DNA of 64,000 nucleotides, taken from Deltaproteobacteria bacterium (GTDB lineage: Bacteria > Desulfobacterota > BSN033 > UBA1163). The translations under genes were made by a program, and so were the position numbers. Under the pieces are notes generated by a model that saw only the letters and a program-made list of their open reading frames with translations, was not told where the DNA came from and made no database searches. Location of the stretch: positions 45,120 to 109,119 of the forward strand of contig JAGVBT010000049.1 in NCBI GenBank assembly GCA_020059605.1. The letters are read 5' to 3'. Shown here piece by piece: positions 47,428 to 57,436 of this stretch (position 1 is its first letter; the number at the start of each line of letters is the position of its first letter).

Positions 47428-48720
47428 ATGGCCAAAAAGAAAGTGTCCAAAGCCGATTTTAAGAAAGCCCTTGAACAGGGACGGCCGCCTAACATCAGGA
47501 GGCTTTTCCCCAACTCAAGAGCCTTGATCGTGAGCGGAAAAGTGGTCGATCGAGCCATGATCGCCAAAGGAAGGGCAATCGCAATGGCGGCAAACGGCCG
47601 GAATCAGTTTGTCATCCGGGGAGTCCTTCAGGCCGCCCAACGAGCCAACACGCCTGTCATCATCGAGATCGCAAAATCGGAAGGGGGCGCAAAAGCCTAT
47701 TGTGCGGTAAACTACTGGAATATGGCGATGCTGGTCGATACGATCTGCAACGAACTTGGCATTACCATCCCGGTGGCGATCCATGCCGACCATTATGGAA
47801 TTAAGAACGCGAGGGACCTCGCCGCGGCTAAAATTGAGATTCCTACCTTCTTTGAAGCAGGAATGACCTCGATTGCCATTGATGCGTCTCATCTTCCTGA
47901 TGACCAGAACCTATTAGCCAATATTTCCATCAACCCCTATATCCCTAAATGGGCGGGGCTTGAAACAGAGGTGGGTGAAATCAAAGGTGACGAAGGGCTC
48001 TCCACGGTAGAAGAGGCGCTCTTTCTCATCCGGGGGCTGAACGCCCATGACATCTTCCCGGATTGGATCGCCCTGAACAATGGCACGACCCATGGCATCG
48101 AAGAGAAGGACTCAGGGATTCAGGTCCAATTGACAGAAGGTATTCACACAGCCCTTGAGAAATATAAGATCTCCGGCGCCCAGCACGGCACTTCCGGAAA
48201 CAGCTCCGAGAGACTTCGTCAAATTCTTGCTAAAACCCATACCACAAAAGCGAATGTTGCCACAGCCCTCCAGATGATCTCCTGGGGGGTTCAGGTCAAT
48301 GATTACGGAAACGCCATTCTCGATGCGGAGGGAAATTTCAACAAAGTCAAAGAGGAGGGTATTTCCGAGGAGCTCTGGACAGAGATGGTGGCCTATGCCC
48401 AATCGAAAAACTGGAAAAAGGGAGACTATAAGAATCTTAACCTTCCGTTTGAAAATAAACTGCTTGCCCAGCCCAAAGAGATTCGGGATCGGATCGTCAA
48501 GCAGGTGGAGGCGTTCGCTTATAAGATGATGACAGAGGTCTTCAATTCGAAGGATACGGCTCCCTTGGCTATCGAAGCTATTTTGAAAACAGGCTCCTAT
48601 GATCTTGGGCCTAAAGTCGGCCGGATCGAAAACCCTGATGATTGGACAGAGGATAAAATTAGCGAAAAAGCCTCCAGCCTCGGCGGCAGCAAGGGGCCTG
48701 CCGGCAAATTCGACGACTGA
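47428..48720 (+). CDS. class II (metal-dependent) ketose/fructose-bisphosphate aldolase family protein, long form
   Basis: VAIHADHYG zinc-binding His motif and a TIM-barrel-like pattern. Start at the ATG after the AAGGAGA RBS. Exact substrate specificity is not determinable. Confidence 0.55.
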   Translation: MAKKKVSKADFKKALEQGRPPNIRRLFPNSRALIVSGKVVDRAMIAKGRAIAMAANGRNQFVIRGVLQAAQRANTPVIIEIAKSEGGAKAYCAVNYWNMAMLVDTICNELGITIPVAIHADHYGIKNARDLAAAKIEIPTFFEAGMTSIAIDASHLPDDQNLLANISINPYIPKWAGLETEVGEIKGDEGLSTVEEALFLIRGLNAHDIFPDWIALNNGTTHGIEEKDSGIQVQLTEGIHTALEKYKISGAQHGTSGNSSERLRQILAKTHTTKANVATALQMISWGVQVNDYGNAILDAEGNFNKVKEEGISEELWTEMVAYAQSKNWKKGDYKNLNLPFENKLLAQPKEIRDRIVKQVEAFAYKMMTEVFNSKDTAPLAIEAILKTGSYDLGPKVGRIENPDDWTEDKISEKASSLGGSKGPAGKFDD

Positions 48721-48781
48721 AGGCCAGGGAGCCGGCAAATCTCAACACTCCGCACTCCGTAATCCGAATTCCGCAATTGAA

Positions 48782-49411
48782 TCAGGAATGTTTCATCACG
48801 ATGCTGGAGATGATGTTGGCGGCTTCATCTCCGCGGTCGGCCGCATTGCTGAGGTGACGGTAGATCTCGCGCATCTTGAGCATGTAGACCGTATCCTTCC
48901 CCTTGAACAGGTCTGCCAGCGCCATGTGATAGGCCTTCTCCATCTGATTCTCATACGCCTTGGCCTTGACGGCATGCTCCGAGGCGATCTTGGGGTAATC
49001 TTTCAGGATTTTGACCGCATCGTGTAACTCCCTGGCGGCTTTCCGGAGGATGTTGACCATCTCTTTGATATGGTGGTCTCCCGTCACCTCGTAAATCTCC
49101 ATTTCATCCACGGTCGTATTCGCATAGTCCACCACGTCGTCAATCGCACGGGATAGGTCATAGATATCCTCCCGGTCTAAAGGCGTGATAAAGGTCTGGT
49201 CCAGTTCCTGGATCAAAATCCGCCTCATTTCATCCGCCTCCCGTTCAATATTACGGACAAGATGGGCATTCTCCTTGCTCCCGGTTTCAGCAAAGTTCCA
49301 GAGAGCATCCAGCCCCTCGATGCTCTTCGAGGATTGACGGGAGAGCAGGTCGAAAAAACGGTTCTCGCTTCCTGAAAAGGGTTTCTTTCTTTTGATGAAA
49401 TCGAATACCAT
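48782..49411 (-). CDS. DUF47-family (PhoU-like) phosphate transport regulator
   Basis: 209-aa helical protein with the DUF47 pattern (READEMRRIL ... YRHLSNAADRGDEAAN). Adjacent to pit. Confidence 0.75.
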   Translation of the reverse strand: MVFDFIKRKKPFSGSENRFFDLLSRQSSKSIEGLDALWNFAETGSKENAHLVRNIEREADEMRRILIQELDQTFITPLDREDIYDLSRAIDDVVDYANTTVDEMEIYEVTGDHHIKEMVNILRKAARELHDAVKILKDYPKIASEHAVKAKAYENQMEKAYHMALADLFKGKDTVYMLKMREIYRHLSNAADRGDEAANIISSIVMKHS

Positions 49412-49427
49412 AATGTCGCTCCTTTGT

Positions 49428-50495
49428 TTAGAAACCGGGATGGGCTAGACGGATTATATAAAAACTGAATCCGGCCATCACGGCAGACGCCGGGATAGTG
49501 ATAAACCATGCAATGATGATACTTTTGGCCACGCCCCATCGGACGGCAGACACCCTGTGTCCCGCTCCCACGCCCATGATGCTGGATGACACGACATGGG
49601 TTGTTGAAACAGGCCCTCCCAAGAGGGCCGCTACGAAGATGACAATGGCCGAACCGGTCTGGGCGCAGAAAGCATGGACCGACCTCAGGCGGTAGATCTT
49701 GGAACCCAGGGTTTTAATGATTCGCCATCCGCCGCTGGCCGTCCCCAGGGAAATTGCGCCGGCGCAGCTCGCAATGACCCAGAAGGGGATATGAAAATCC
49801 GGAAAGACACCGAGAATGACCAGGGACATGGTGATGATACCCATGGATTTCTGCGCATCGTTGGCGCCGTGGCTAAGGGAAAGGGCAATGGAAGAGAGGA
49901 TCTGCACCCGGTTGAAAAAATGAGAGATCTGGGGCGTTGCCTTCCGGGAAAGGCGGAATGTGACTTTCAGGGCTAAAGCGCCGAAGACCAGGCTCAACAC
50001 CGGGGTGAGGATCAAAAATGAGACCACATAGAGAAGCCCCTTCCAGAGGACCTTGTCGGGTCCGTAAGCAATTAAGACCGCCCCGATCATCCCCCCCACC
50101 AGGGCGTGGGACGAACTGGACGGAAGCCCCCATGCCCAGGTGATGAGATTCCAGGCGATGGCGCCAATCAGGGCAGCGATGACCAGGGAGATAGAGACCC
50201 CTGTCAGGCCCGGGTCAAAGGCGGAGATATCGATGATCCCTGTCCCGATGGTTTGAGCCACGGCCGTCCCCAGGAGAAACGGGCCGACAAAATGAGCAAA
50301 AGCGGCAAGACCCAGAGCGCTCCGCGGCGTCATGGCGCCTGTGGCGATAATGGTTGCCACCACGTTAGCCGCGTCGTGAAAACCGTTGGAATAATCAAAG
50401 AAGAGGGCCAGCCCCACGACGATGACGGCGAATAAAAGAAGGGTCCCTTCGATGGTGAAACCTCCTGTCCCAGGCCGTTTCCGCCGCCGGAGCAA
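49428..50495 (-). CDS. pit: inorganic phosphate transporter, PiT family
   Basis: Duplicated PHO4 motifs (GANDVANA-like GFHDAANVVAT and HGANDAQKSMG). Polytopic, 355 aa. Confidence 0.85.
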   Translation of the reverse strand: MLRRRKRPGTGGFTIEGTLLLFAVIVVGLALFFDYSNGFHDAANVVATIIATGAMTPRSALGLAAFAHFVGPFLLGTAVAQTIGTGIIDISAFDPGLTGVSISLVIAALIGAIAWNLITWAWGLPSSSSHALVGGMIGAVLIAYGPDKVLWKGLLYVVSFLILTPVLSLVFGALALKVTFRLSRKATPQISHFFNRVQILSSIALSLSHGANDAQKSMGIITMSLVILGVFPDFHIPFWVIASCAGAISLGTASGGWRIIKTLGSKIYRLRSVHAFCAQTGSAIVIFVAALLGGPVSTTHVVSSSIMGVGAGHRVSAVRWGVAKSIIIAWFITIPASAVMAGFSFYIIRLAHPGF

Positions 50496-50588
50496 TATGC
50501 TGCTCGAGTTGCAACGGCCGGACTTTCCGACGGTGTTTACCTGTATAGACAGGTTATAAAGGAAATGAGGAGGCTTGTCAAGTCATGA

Positions 50589-51095
50589 TCAGGGATGCCC
50601 TCCGGGCATGGGGCATGAGCGGGTTTTTTTTAATTCTCTTATCTTTTCGAGTGTGTCCCTGTAAATCCGGTCCTTTGCAGGATTGAGTTCCAGCGCTTTC
50701 AGAACAAGGCCCTCCGCCTCTTGAAGATTTACTCCCCTGGTACAGTAGAGCCAGGCAAGATTATTGTAAGCATCCGACACTGCGGGATCTTTCCGGATCA
50801 TCTTTTTATACCAGGCCTCCGCTTCTTTCCATTCGTTTTTCAGGAAATGGGCGTTTCCGAGATAGAGATAGGCAATCGGGAGTTTTTTGGCCGCTAGCGA
50901 ATATTCCTTGACCGCTAAATCCAACTCCCCCTTTTTTTCATAAGCTAATCCAAGGTTTAAATGTTCTTCCGGGGTGAGCGAATCCTTCAGGGCAGTTATC
51001 TTCGGAAAAGAACAGCCCACCGAAAGCATCAACGAACAAATTGCAATGAGAAGGGGGAAGAAACGTCTCTTTTTGGCCGTAAATTGATTGTTCAT
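50589..51095 (-). CDS. TPR-repeat lipoprotein
   Basis: Lipobox SVGC. TPR repeats (AYEKKGELDLAVKEY, YLGNAHFLKNEWKEAEAWYKK, AYNNLAWLY). Confidence 0.5.
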   Translation of the reverse strand: MNNQFTAKKRRFFPLLIAICSLMLSVGCSFPKITALKDSLTPEEHLNLGLAYEKKGELDLAVKEYSLAAKKLPIAYLYLGNAHFLKNEWKEAEAWYKKMIRKDPAVSDAYNNLAWLYCTRGVNLQEAEGLVLKALELNPAKDRIYRDTLEKIRELKKTRSCPMPGGHP

Positions 51096-51661
51096 CGCTG
51101 AGGGGTGATCAGGAGAGTCCAGAACTTTGTCTTCTCCCAGGACTTAACAAAAGTCTTCAGGGGGATTCGCTTTAACCGTTCCCTGCCCGAATGGGCGATG
51201 ATATTCTTTTCGTCATAGCCCAAAACAACCATAAAATGGTGCTGTCGAACCCTCCATATCCCCTCATCAACCAGGACAATCACGGGATGCCCTGAGTCCA
51301 TTTTGTTCCGGATGTCTTCCATCGACCCTTGATAGGATTTGGACTTGAGGCCTTTTTTCTCCGGGTAGAAGACCATATCCAAATTCAGAGTGCCTTTTGC
51401 CGACGGACTGTATATTTCTTCGGCGATCTCTTCCGCGGTCACCCCGACTCCCCAGTAATTTAAAACCGCTGCAAGGGAGGCTGGACCGCACTGGTAGGCT
51501 TCCTGCGGAAAGAACGGGACGTTTTCCACAAGATGGTAGGACCCGGGTTCATTGAGGGGAACGGTTCCTGCACATGAGAAAAAAGAGGGAAGAATGAAAA
51601 ACAAGATAATGAAGGGGCGCCTCCGCAGGGAGGCGCCCGTTATCAAACAATCGTTTTGCAA
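51092..51661 (-). CDS. C39-like (papain-fold) cysteine peptidase domain protein
   Basis: Signal peptide. Catalytic Cys context QEAYQCGPASLAAVLNYWG, with a downstream His (HHFMVVLGYD) and Asp. Overlaps the start of the TPR gene by 4 nt. Confidence 0.5.
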   Translation of the reverse strand: MQNDCLITGASLRRRPFIILFFILPSFFSCAGTVPLNEPGSYHLVENVPFFPQEAYQCGPASLAAVLNYWGVGVTAEEIAEEIYSPSAKGTLNLDMVFYPEKKGLKSKSYQGSMEDIRNKMDSGHPVIVLVDEGIWRVRQHHFMVVLGYDEKNIIAHSGRERLKRIPLKTFVKSWEKTKFWTLLITPQR

Positions 51662-51781
51662 AATCTTTTCCTGACCGACAAGTGCTCCCTCCTGCCTATA
51701 GCGGCACAGGCGGGGTCAATGGGCACAACATGAATGATCATACCTCACCCGGAAGCCCCACCCTTTAAGCGGGGAGCTTCA

Positions 51782-52192
51782 CTATTTTTCCTTTTCAAGA
51801 ACGACCCGGTGCCCGGATACATAAATAATGATGCCAACCGCTACGATGATCAACAGGACGATGATCACCACAGCCCAGCCGCTTGCCCCTCCCACCTGCA
51901 ATTCATCCAGCTGGAGAGCCAACTCTTGGATCTGATGGTCGCTCAGCTGGGTTACTCTTTTCTCGATTTCATCGGGCGTGAAACCCAGCGCGGCGAGTCT
52001 TTCCCTGACCATCTTCATCTCAAGCGTTTTCCGGATCTTGTCAAGATCGGAAGATCGGTCAGAGGAGAGCCCCGAGATGGCCTCGGAAGGGGAAAACCCC
52101 GCATAGACTCTCGGGGTGATCCCGATGACAAACATGGCTACCACCAAATAACATGCGACGCCTTTCATCCATGATCGTTTCATAATCCTCAC
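51782..52192 (-). CDS. small exported protein with C-terminal membrane anchor
   Basis: Signal peptide, ~80-aa helical region and a C-terminal hydrophobic helix (WAVVIIVLLIIVAVGIIIYV). Located upstream of the peptidase/TPR pair. Confidence 0.35.
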   Translation of the reverse strand: MRIMKRSWMKGVACYLVVAMFVIGITPRVYAGFSPSEAISGLSSDRSSDLDKIRKTLEMKMVRERLAALGFTPDEIEKRVTQLSDHQIQELALQLDELQVGGASGWAVVIIVLLIIVAVGIIIYVSGHRVVLEKEK

Positions 52193-52266
52193 CTCCTTTT
52201 GATTGAATCCGCATTTGATTAAATCATATGAAAATCAGGGGGGAGTGTCAAGAGGAAATTGTGGAA

Positions 52267-53325
52267 TCAGGGTGTTAGGCGCAGGAGTTCATCGGGGTTT
52301 TCGATCAGCAGGTCGGCGCCGGCCGCAAGGAGCGACTTTTTCCTTTCCCCGCGATTGATCCGGCCGATCAAAAAACCGATGGCCATAATGTTGACCACCT
52401 TCCTGGCAGATCGGGTTGCCGCCATATCATCCACGGTGTCGCCGATATATCCACACCGGGGATTCAGGAGGCCGATCTCTTCGATTGCCCTCAGAATGGA
52501 GTAGGGGTGAGGCTTGGTGAGTTTCATCCTTTTTTTCGAAACCGAAAGAAGGCGACCCTCTTCCGTTTCACATTCGTCAAGAGTCGCAAGGCTGTCGAAG
52601 TACTCCCTGAGATTAAACCGCTTCAGGGCGAGCTCTGCCTCAAACCTCGGTCGGCCGCTGGCAATTCCCAGTCGTACCTTTTTCCGAAGTGAAAGGAGGA
52701 TTTCCTTCCCGACAAGAAGCTTTTCTCGCAGGAATAATCCCTTCCACCTGTAAAAGAGGGGTTGAAGATGGTATTGGGATGCAAACTGCTCACCCAGGTA
52801 AATCTCCTGAAAGATTCGTTTGACAAGATTCTCTCGACCAAGATCGCCGGACCGGTAGACCCATCCGTTCCACCTGTTTCCCAGGACGGCCCCGACCCCT
52901 TTCAAGCCTCCTCCCCGGGCCCTGACATTTTCCAGGAATGAGGACAAGCGAGTTTTATTGATCGCAAGGGGTCTTTTCTGACGAAAATTGGACAGATGCT
53001 CCCGAAGATATAGGACAATGGTATCCGGAGAAGAAAGTTTCTTCTGCCCCGGAAGTGGAGGGATCCCTGAAACGGAGAGAAGGTAGAGAAGAAATCCTGT
53101 GGTCAAATCCCAATCGTTATTGAACCCCCCCGCCGCTTTAAAGAGAGAGATTTCTTCCGGGGAAACCCTATTTGCCCTCAACCCTAAGCAATGGTCAAGA
53201 TAGATACGAATGGTCTGCTGAATGGCCTTGCGGTAAGATTGCGACACATCGATCAGGACTCCATCCATATCGAAGATGAGAATATCCATTTTTTCCATCT
53301 CTACGAATCTTTTCACCATGTTCAT
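52267..53325 (-). CDS. HAD-superfamily hydrolase (two-domain, 352 aa)
   Basis: Motif I ILIFDMDGVLID and motif IV GDTVDDMAA. Large cap insertion. Confidence 0.55.
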   Translation of the reverse strand: MNMVKRFVEMEKMDILIFDMDGVLIDVSQSYRKAIQQTIRIYLDHCLGLRANRVSPEEISLFKAAGGFNNDWDLTTGFLLYLLSVSGIPPLPGQKKLSSPDTIVLYLREHLSNFRQKRPLAINKTRLSSFLENVRARGGGLKGVGAVLGNRWNGWVYRSGDLGRENLVKRIFQEIYLGEQFASQYHLQPLFYRWKGLFLREKLLVGKEILLSLRKKVRLGIASGRPRFEAELALKRFNLREYFDSLATLDECETEEGRLLSVSKKRMKLTKPHPYSILRAIEEIGLLNPRCGYIGDTVDDMAATRSARKVVNIMAIGFLIGRINRGERKKSLLAAGADLLIENPDELLRLTP

Positions 53326-53342
53326 TTACTTTATAATATTGA

Positions 53343-54161
53343 TTGAATTCGATGCAAGCCTCTTTTATGATAGATTGGGTCAAAAGAGGGCCTCTCGAAA
53401 TGACAGGGATTGAATATCAACATAGGCGGGTTCCATGCCGCCTGATTATTTTCGATAAAGATGGAACGCTGATCGATTTTACGGCAACCTGGGTTCCTCT
53501 GATTCGAAAGAGAGTTGCCTTCCTTTTAAAAAGATTAGAATGGAATAGAGAGTTAGAGGCCTTTTTGTTGAAATCCTGGGGAATTGACCCTGTGAGCGGA
53601 AAAGTCGATCCGCGGGGGCCCTGTCCTGTTTCACCCCGGTCGGATGAAATCGTCATTGGAACGATGGCCCTCTATCAGCATGGGTTTCCATGGGATGAAT
53701 CGAAACAGTGGGTAACCCAGGCATTTGATGAAGCGGACGGAGATGCGGATTGGCGAAAGCATGTTGTCCCGGTTGAGGGCATTCAGACTTTTCTCTCCCG
53801 ATTGAAAAGGGACGGGTTCATGACCGCCCTGGCAACCAATGATGAGCGAAAAGATACGGAAGCCATCCTCAATCATCTCGGCGTGGACAGTCTGTTTGAT
53901 ATGATCCTCTGCTGGGGAGAGGTGAGTCCACCCAAGCCCCACCCCGAAACCATCCTGACCATCTGCCGGAAGCTCTCCATACCTCCTCATGAGACTGTCA
54001 TGGTGGGGGATTCGGTGACAGACATGATGATGGGAAAGAGGGCCGGGGTGGGGTTGACAGTCGGAATCCTGGAAGGAGGAGTCACCCCGAGAGAAGAATT
54101 GGAGAAGCTGGCCGACTTCGTGGTCCATTCCATCCGTGATTTAACGTTCTACGAAATTTAG
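53343..54161 (+). CDS. HAD-superfamily hydrolase (subfamily IA, phosphoglycolate-phosphatase-like)
   Basis: Motif I LIIFDKDGTLID and motif IV VGDSVTDMMMGKRAG. The true start may be an internal Met downstream. Confidence 0.6.
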   Translation: MNSMQASFMIDWVKRGPLEMTGIEYQHRRVPCRLIIFDKDGTLIDFTATWVPLIRKRVAFLLKRLEWNRELEAFLLKSWGIDPVSGKVDPRGPCPVSPRSDEIVIGTMALYQHGFPWDESKQWVTQAFDEADGDADWRKHVVPVEGIQTFLSRLKRDGFMTALATNDERKDTEAILNHLGVDSLFDMILCWGEVSPPKPHPETILTICRKLSIPPHETVMVGDSVTDMMMGKRAGVGLTVGILEGGVTPREELEKLADFVVHSIRDLTFYEI

Positions 54162-55018
54162 CGCCCCACTTGTATTTTCTCCAAGAAAGAAAGCAACATA
54201 GTGGAAGTGAATTGGGAAAAAAAGGAAAACGATTTCCCTCCCATTAAAAGGGTCCAATAAATTTGAATAAAATCCCATTAAAAAGAGTAAAATCAGACCA
54301 AAATCTGTCCCTGGCATAAAACTTGTATAATTTAAGCATCGGGAGAGGGTTTTGATGCATTCGTAAAAAGTCGTCACACCGGTGAAAACCGGTGTCCAGA
54401 GAAATCGTAAGGTATTGAAAGGACTGGATTCCGGTCGTTGCGGCTCGAAACCGAGCTGGAGTTTATCCCGATACAAATCGGGGCCGGAATGACGAAAAAG
54501 CGTTAATTGAGACTTTTTACGAGACTATCATGATTGGCTTAAAAATGAATTGGGAAGAGAAGCCACCCCTTATTCCAATCGAAACGGGGAAGCCGAGCAA
54601 TGATCAATTGAATGAGCATCTCATTCTCATGGAGATATGCAGATATGGCAGATTATGAATTTTACTGGCGTGACCCAATAAAAGGATATCAATGCATCGG
54701 AAAGCTTCCGGAGAGGAGAAAGAACCGTGGAAGAATAACCGAGGAATCGGTGTTTCATTGGGGAGAAAAATATTTTTGTAAAGACCTAAACGTCAGCGAT
54801 ATTTTTTTCCTTGAAGTGGATATAAATGGGAAGGCAATCTATACCTTATGACTCGGAAGAAAACTCTATGAGAAGTTTGAGGAGGGAGAAGGCAGGGTCT
54901 AATCGACACTGCCTTTTTTGTTCATTTTGCAGGTCGGACATCCGAAGGAAATGACTACCGACTCCTATGCGGAAATCATTTCCTGACATCTGAAGATGTG
55001 ACCCCGGAGCCTTTTGCA

Positions 55019-57436
55019 TTATCCCTTCACTTTTTTATTCTCCGGGTCGTAGAGCGGGTCTTTTTCACCTGTCGCTTCGTATCTTGTAGCTGCGACTTCG
55101 ATTTGCAACCGCGTTCCGGGTTTTGAATATTCAATCGGGAGATATCCATAAGCGATGGGTTTCTTGATCGTGTGTCCATATCCTCCGGTGGTGACCAAAC
55201 CGATGACCTTTTCCCCATCGAGGATGGCTTCCTTGCCGACAGGCATCAACGGGCCAGAGTCAATGGTCAGGCAGCAGAGCTTTCTTGCCAGGCCCCTCTC
55301 TTTCTGGCCGATGAGGGCCTGCCGGCCTATAAAATCGCCCTTGTCCAACTTCACACAAAAATCAAGGCCTGCCTCAAACGGCGTATATTCGGGAGAGATA
55401 TCCCCGCTCCAGTAACGGTATCCCTTCTCCAGTCGCAAGGAATCGATGCAGCGGTAACCTGCATTGATTAACCCAAACGGTTTCCCTGCCTCCCACAGGG
55501 CATCGTAGAGATGGAGGGCATATTCCGTCGGCGTATGCAATTCCCATCCCAGTTCGCCCACGTAGGTAATCCGGATCGCAAGAACAGGAGCATTTCCCAT
55601 GACGATCTCCTTCCAGGTCATGTAAGGGAATCCAACATTCGAAATATCGTCTTTTGTCAGTTGTTTCAAAATAGTTCGGGACTCCGGCCCGCAGAGGGTG
55701 ATACAGGCCCTGGAAGAGGTGACATCCCTGACCGAAACAGAACCGTCTTCGGGCAGGTATTTTCCTATCCAGTGAAGGTCATGCTTGATGAATGCGGTGC
55801 CGGTGACCAGGTAAAAATGATCATCATTGATTCGGTTCACTGTGAGATCACACTCAATGCCTCCCTTTTCGTTCAGCATCTGGGTGTAAATGGTTGAGCC
55901 CACCGGTTTGTCCATTTGGTTATCGGTGATCTTCTGAAGGAACCGGAGCGCTCCCGGGCCTTTAATCTCGATCTTTCCGAAGGAGGTCTGGTCGATCAGG
56001 ACTGCTTTTGTCCTGACCATTTCGTGTTCTATTCCTACCTGCTTAAACCAATTCGGAAGTCCCCATGCCAATCTGTCTTTCGGAGCGACCTCTTTCGGGG
56101 CAAACCAATTGGGACGCTCCCACCCATATTTCTCTCCGAAGACCCCTCCCATCTTTTTCAGGCGCAGGTAGAGAGGGCTTGTTCGGAGGGGGCGTGATGA
56201 AACCATCTCCTCGTAGGGCCAGCTTATGGAATAGTGATGGGCATAGACTTCGGTCGCCCTGTGGATGGTGTAGGTCCGGCTTCGATGATGAGGCCCGAGG
56301 CGCCGGATGTCGAGACGCCACAGGTCAAGACTGGGTTCGCCCTCGATGATCCATTCGGCCATCATTTTGCCCACCCCCCCGGCTGCGGCAATTCCATGGG
56401 CGCAAAACCCTGCGGCAACAAAGAAGTTCTTAACCTCCGGGGCCTCGCCCATGATGAAATCCCCATCCGAAGTGAATGCCTCAGGGCCATTAAGCAAGGT
56501 AATAATTTCAGCATGGCCGATCGATGGGACCCTTCTCATTGCAAGAAGGGAAAGGGGTTCAAAATGTTCAAAGTTCGATTTGAGCAGTTTTTTTGTGAAG
56601 TCTCGCGGAATTCCATCCAGCGCCCATGGGACGGGGTTGTGTTCATAGCCTCCCATGATAAGCCCTCCGACTTCTTCTCTGAAATAGACCAGGAGATCGG
56701 GATCCCTCATCGTGGGCATTCCTTTCTTTACCCCGGTTATGGGTTTCGTGATGATATATTGATGCTCCATGGGGATGAGAGGAATGGCGACTCCCACCAT
56801 CTTCCCTATTTCAGAGGCCCAAATTCCCGCCGCATTGACGACGATTTCGGTCCGGATGGTTCCTTTCTCCGTGACGGCCTCGTAGATGGCCCCGTTTTTC
56901 AATCGGATCCCTGTGACATGGGTATCGGTATAAATGGTCGCCCCCCCCCTCCGTGCTCCCTGGGCAAGGGCATACGTGACGTCACTGGGGTCGATCTGTC
57001 CATCCGTTGGAAGAAAGGCGGCTCCGACGATCCCCTTTTTTGCCATCACCGGAAAGAGGTCACATGCCTCTTTCGGACTGATCAGGTCCATGGGGAGTCC
57101 GAAGGTTTTGGCCATGGCCGCCGAACGCCGCAACTCCTCCATCCGGTCTTTTGAGGAAGCGATGCGAAGCCCTCCCACCGGACTCCAGGCCGTATGCTGT
57201 CCGGTCTCTTCTTCAAGCCGGGAATAGAGCTCGACGCTGTATTTCAGCATCTTGGTGATATTGACCGATGCCCGTAATTGACCTACCAACCCAGCCGCAT
57301 GAAAGGTGGCTCCGCTGGTGAGTTCCCCTTTGTCAACGACGACCACATCGCTCCATCCCATTTTTGTAAGATGGTAGGCAATACTGCAACCCGTTATTCC
57401 ACCCCCGATAATGACCACCCGCGCCTGATCTTTCAT
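55019..57436 (-). CDS. FAD-dependent oxidoreductase fused to aminomethyltransferase (GcvT) folate-binding domains (dimethylglycine/sarcosine dehydrogenase-like)
   Basis: N-terminal DAO fold VVIIGGGITGCSIAYHL. C-terminal GCV_T domains. 805 aa. Confidence 0.8.
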   Translation of the reverse strand: MKDQARVVIIGGGITGCSIAYHLTKMGWSDVVVVDKGELTSGATFHAAGLVGQLRASVNITKMLKYSVELYSRLEEETGQHTAWSPVGGLRIASSKDRMEELRRSAAMAKTFGLPMDLISPKEACDLFPVMAKKGIVGAAFLPTDGQIDPSDVTYALAQGARRGGATIYTDTHVTGIRLKNGAIYEAVTEKGTIRTEIVVNAAGIWASEIGKMVGVAIPLIPMEHQYIITKPITGVKKGMPTMRDPDLLVYFREEVGGLIMGGYEHNPVPWALDGIPRDFTKKLLKSNFEHFEPLSLLAMRRVPSIGHAEIITLLNGPEAFTSDGDFIMGEAPEVKNFFVAAGFCAHGIAAAGGVGKMMAEWIIEGEPSLDLWRLDIRRLGPHHRSRTYTIHRATEVYAHHYSISWPYEEMVSSRPLRTSPLYLRLKKMGGVFGEKYGWERPNWFAPKEVAPKDRLAWGLPNWFKQVGIEHEMVRTKAVLIDQTSFGKIEIKGPGALRFLQKITDNQMDKPVGSTIYTQMLNEKGGIECDLTVNRINDDHFYLVTGTAFIKHDLHWIGKYLPEDGSVSVRDVTSSRACITLCGPESRTILKQLTKDDISNVGFPYMTWKEIVMGNAPVLAIRITYVGELGWELHTPTEYALHLYDALWEAGKPFGLINAGYRCIDSLRLEKGYRYWSGDISPEYTPFEAGLDFCVKLDKGDFIGRQALIGQKERGLARKLCCLTIDSGPLMPVGKEAILDGEKVIGLVTTGGYGHTIKKPIAYGYLPIEYSKPGTRLQIEVAATRYEATGEKDPLYDPENKKVKG

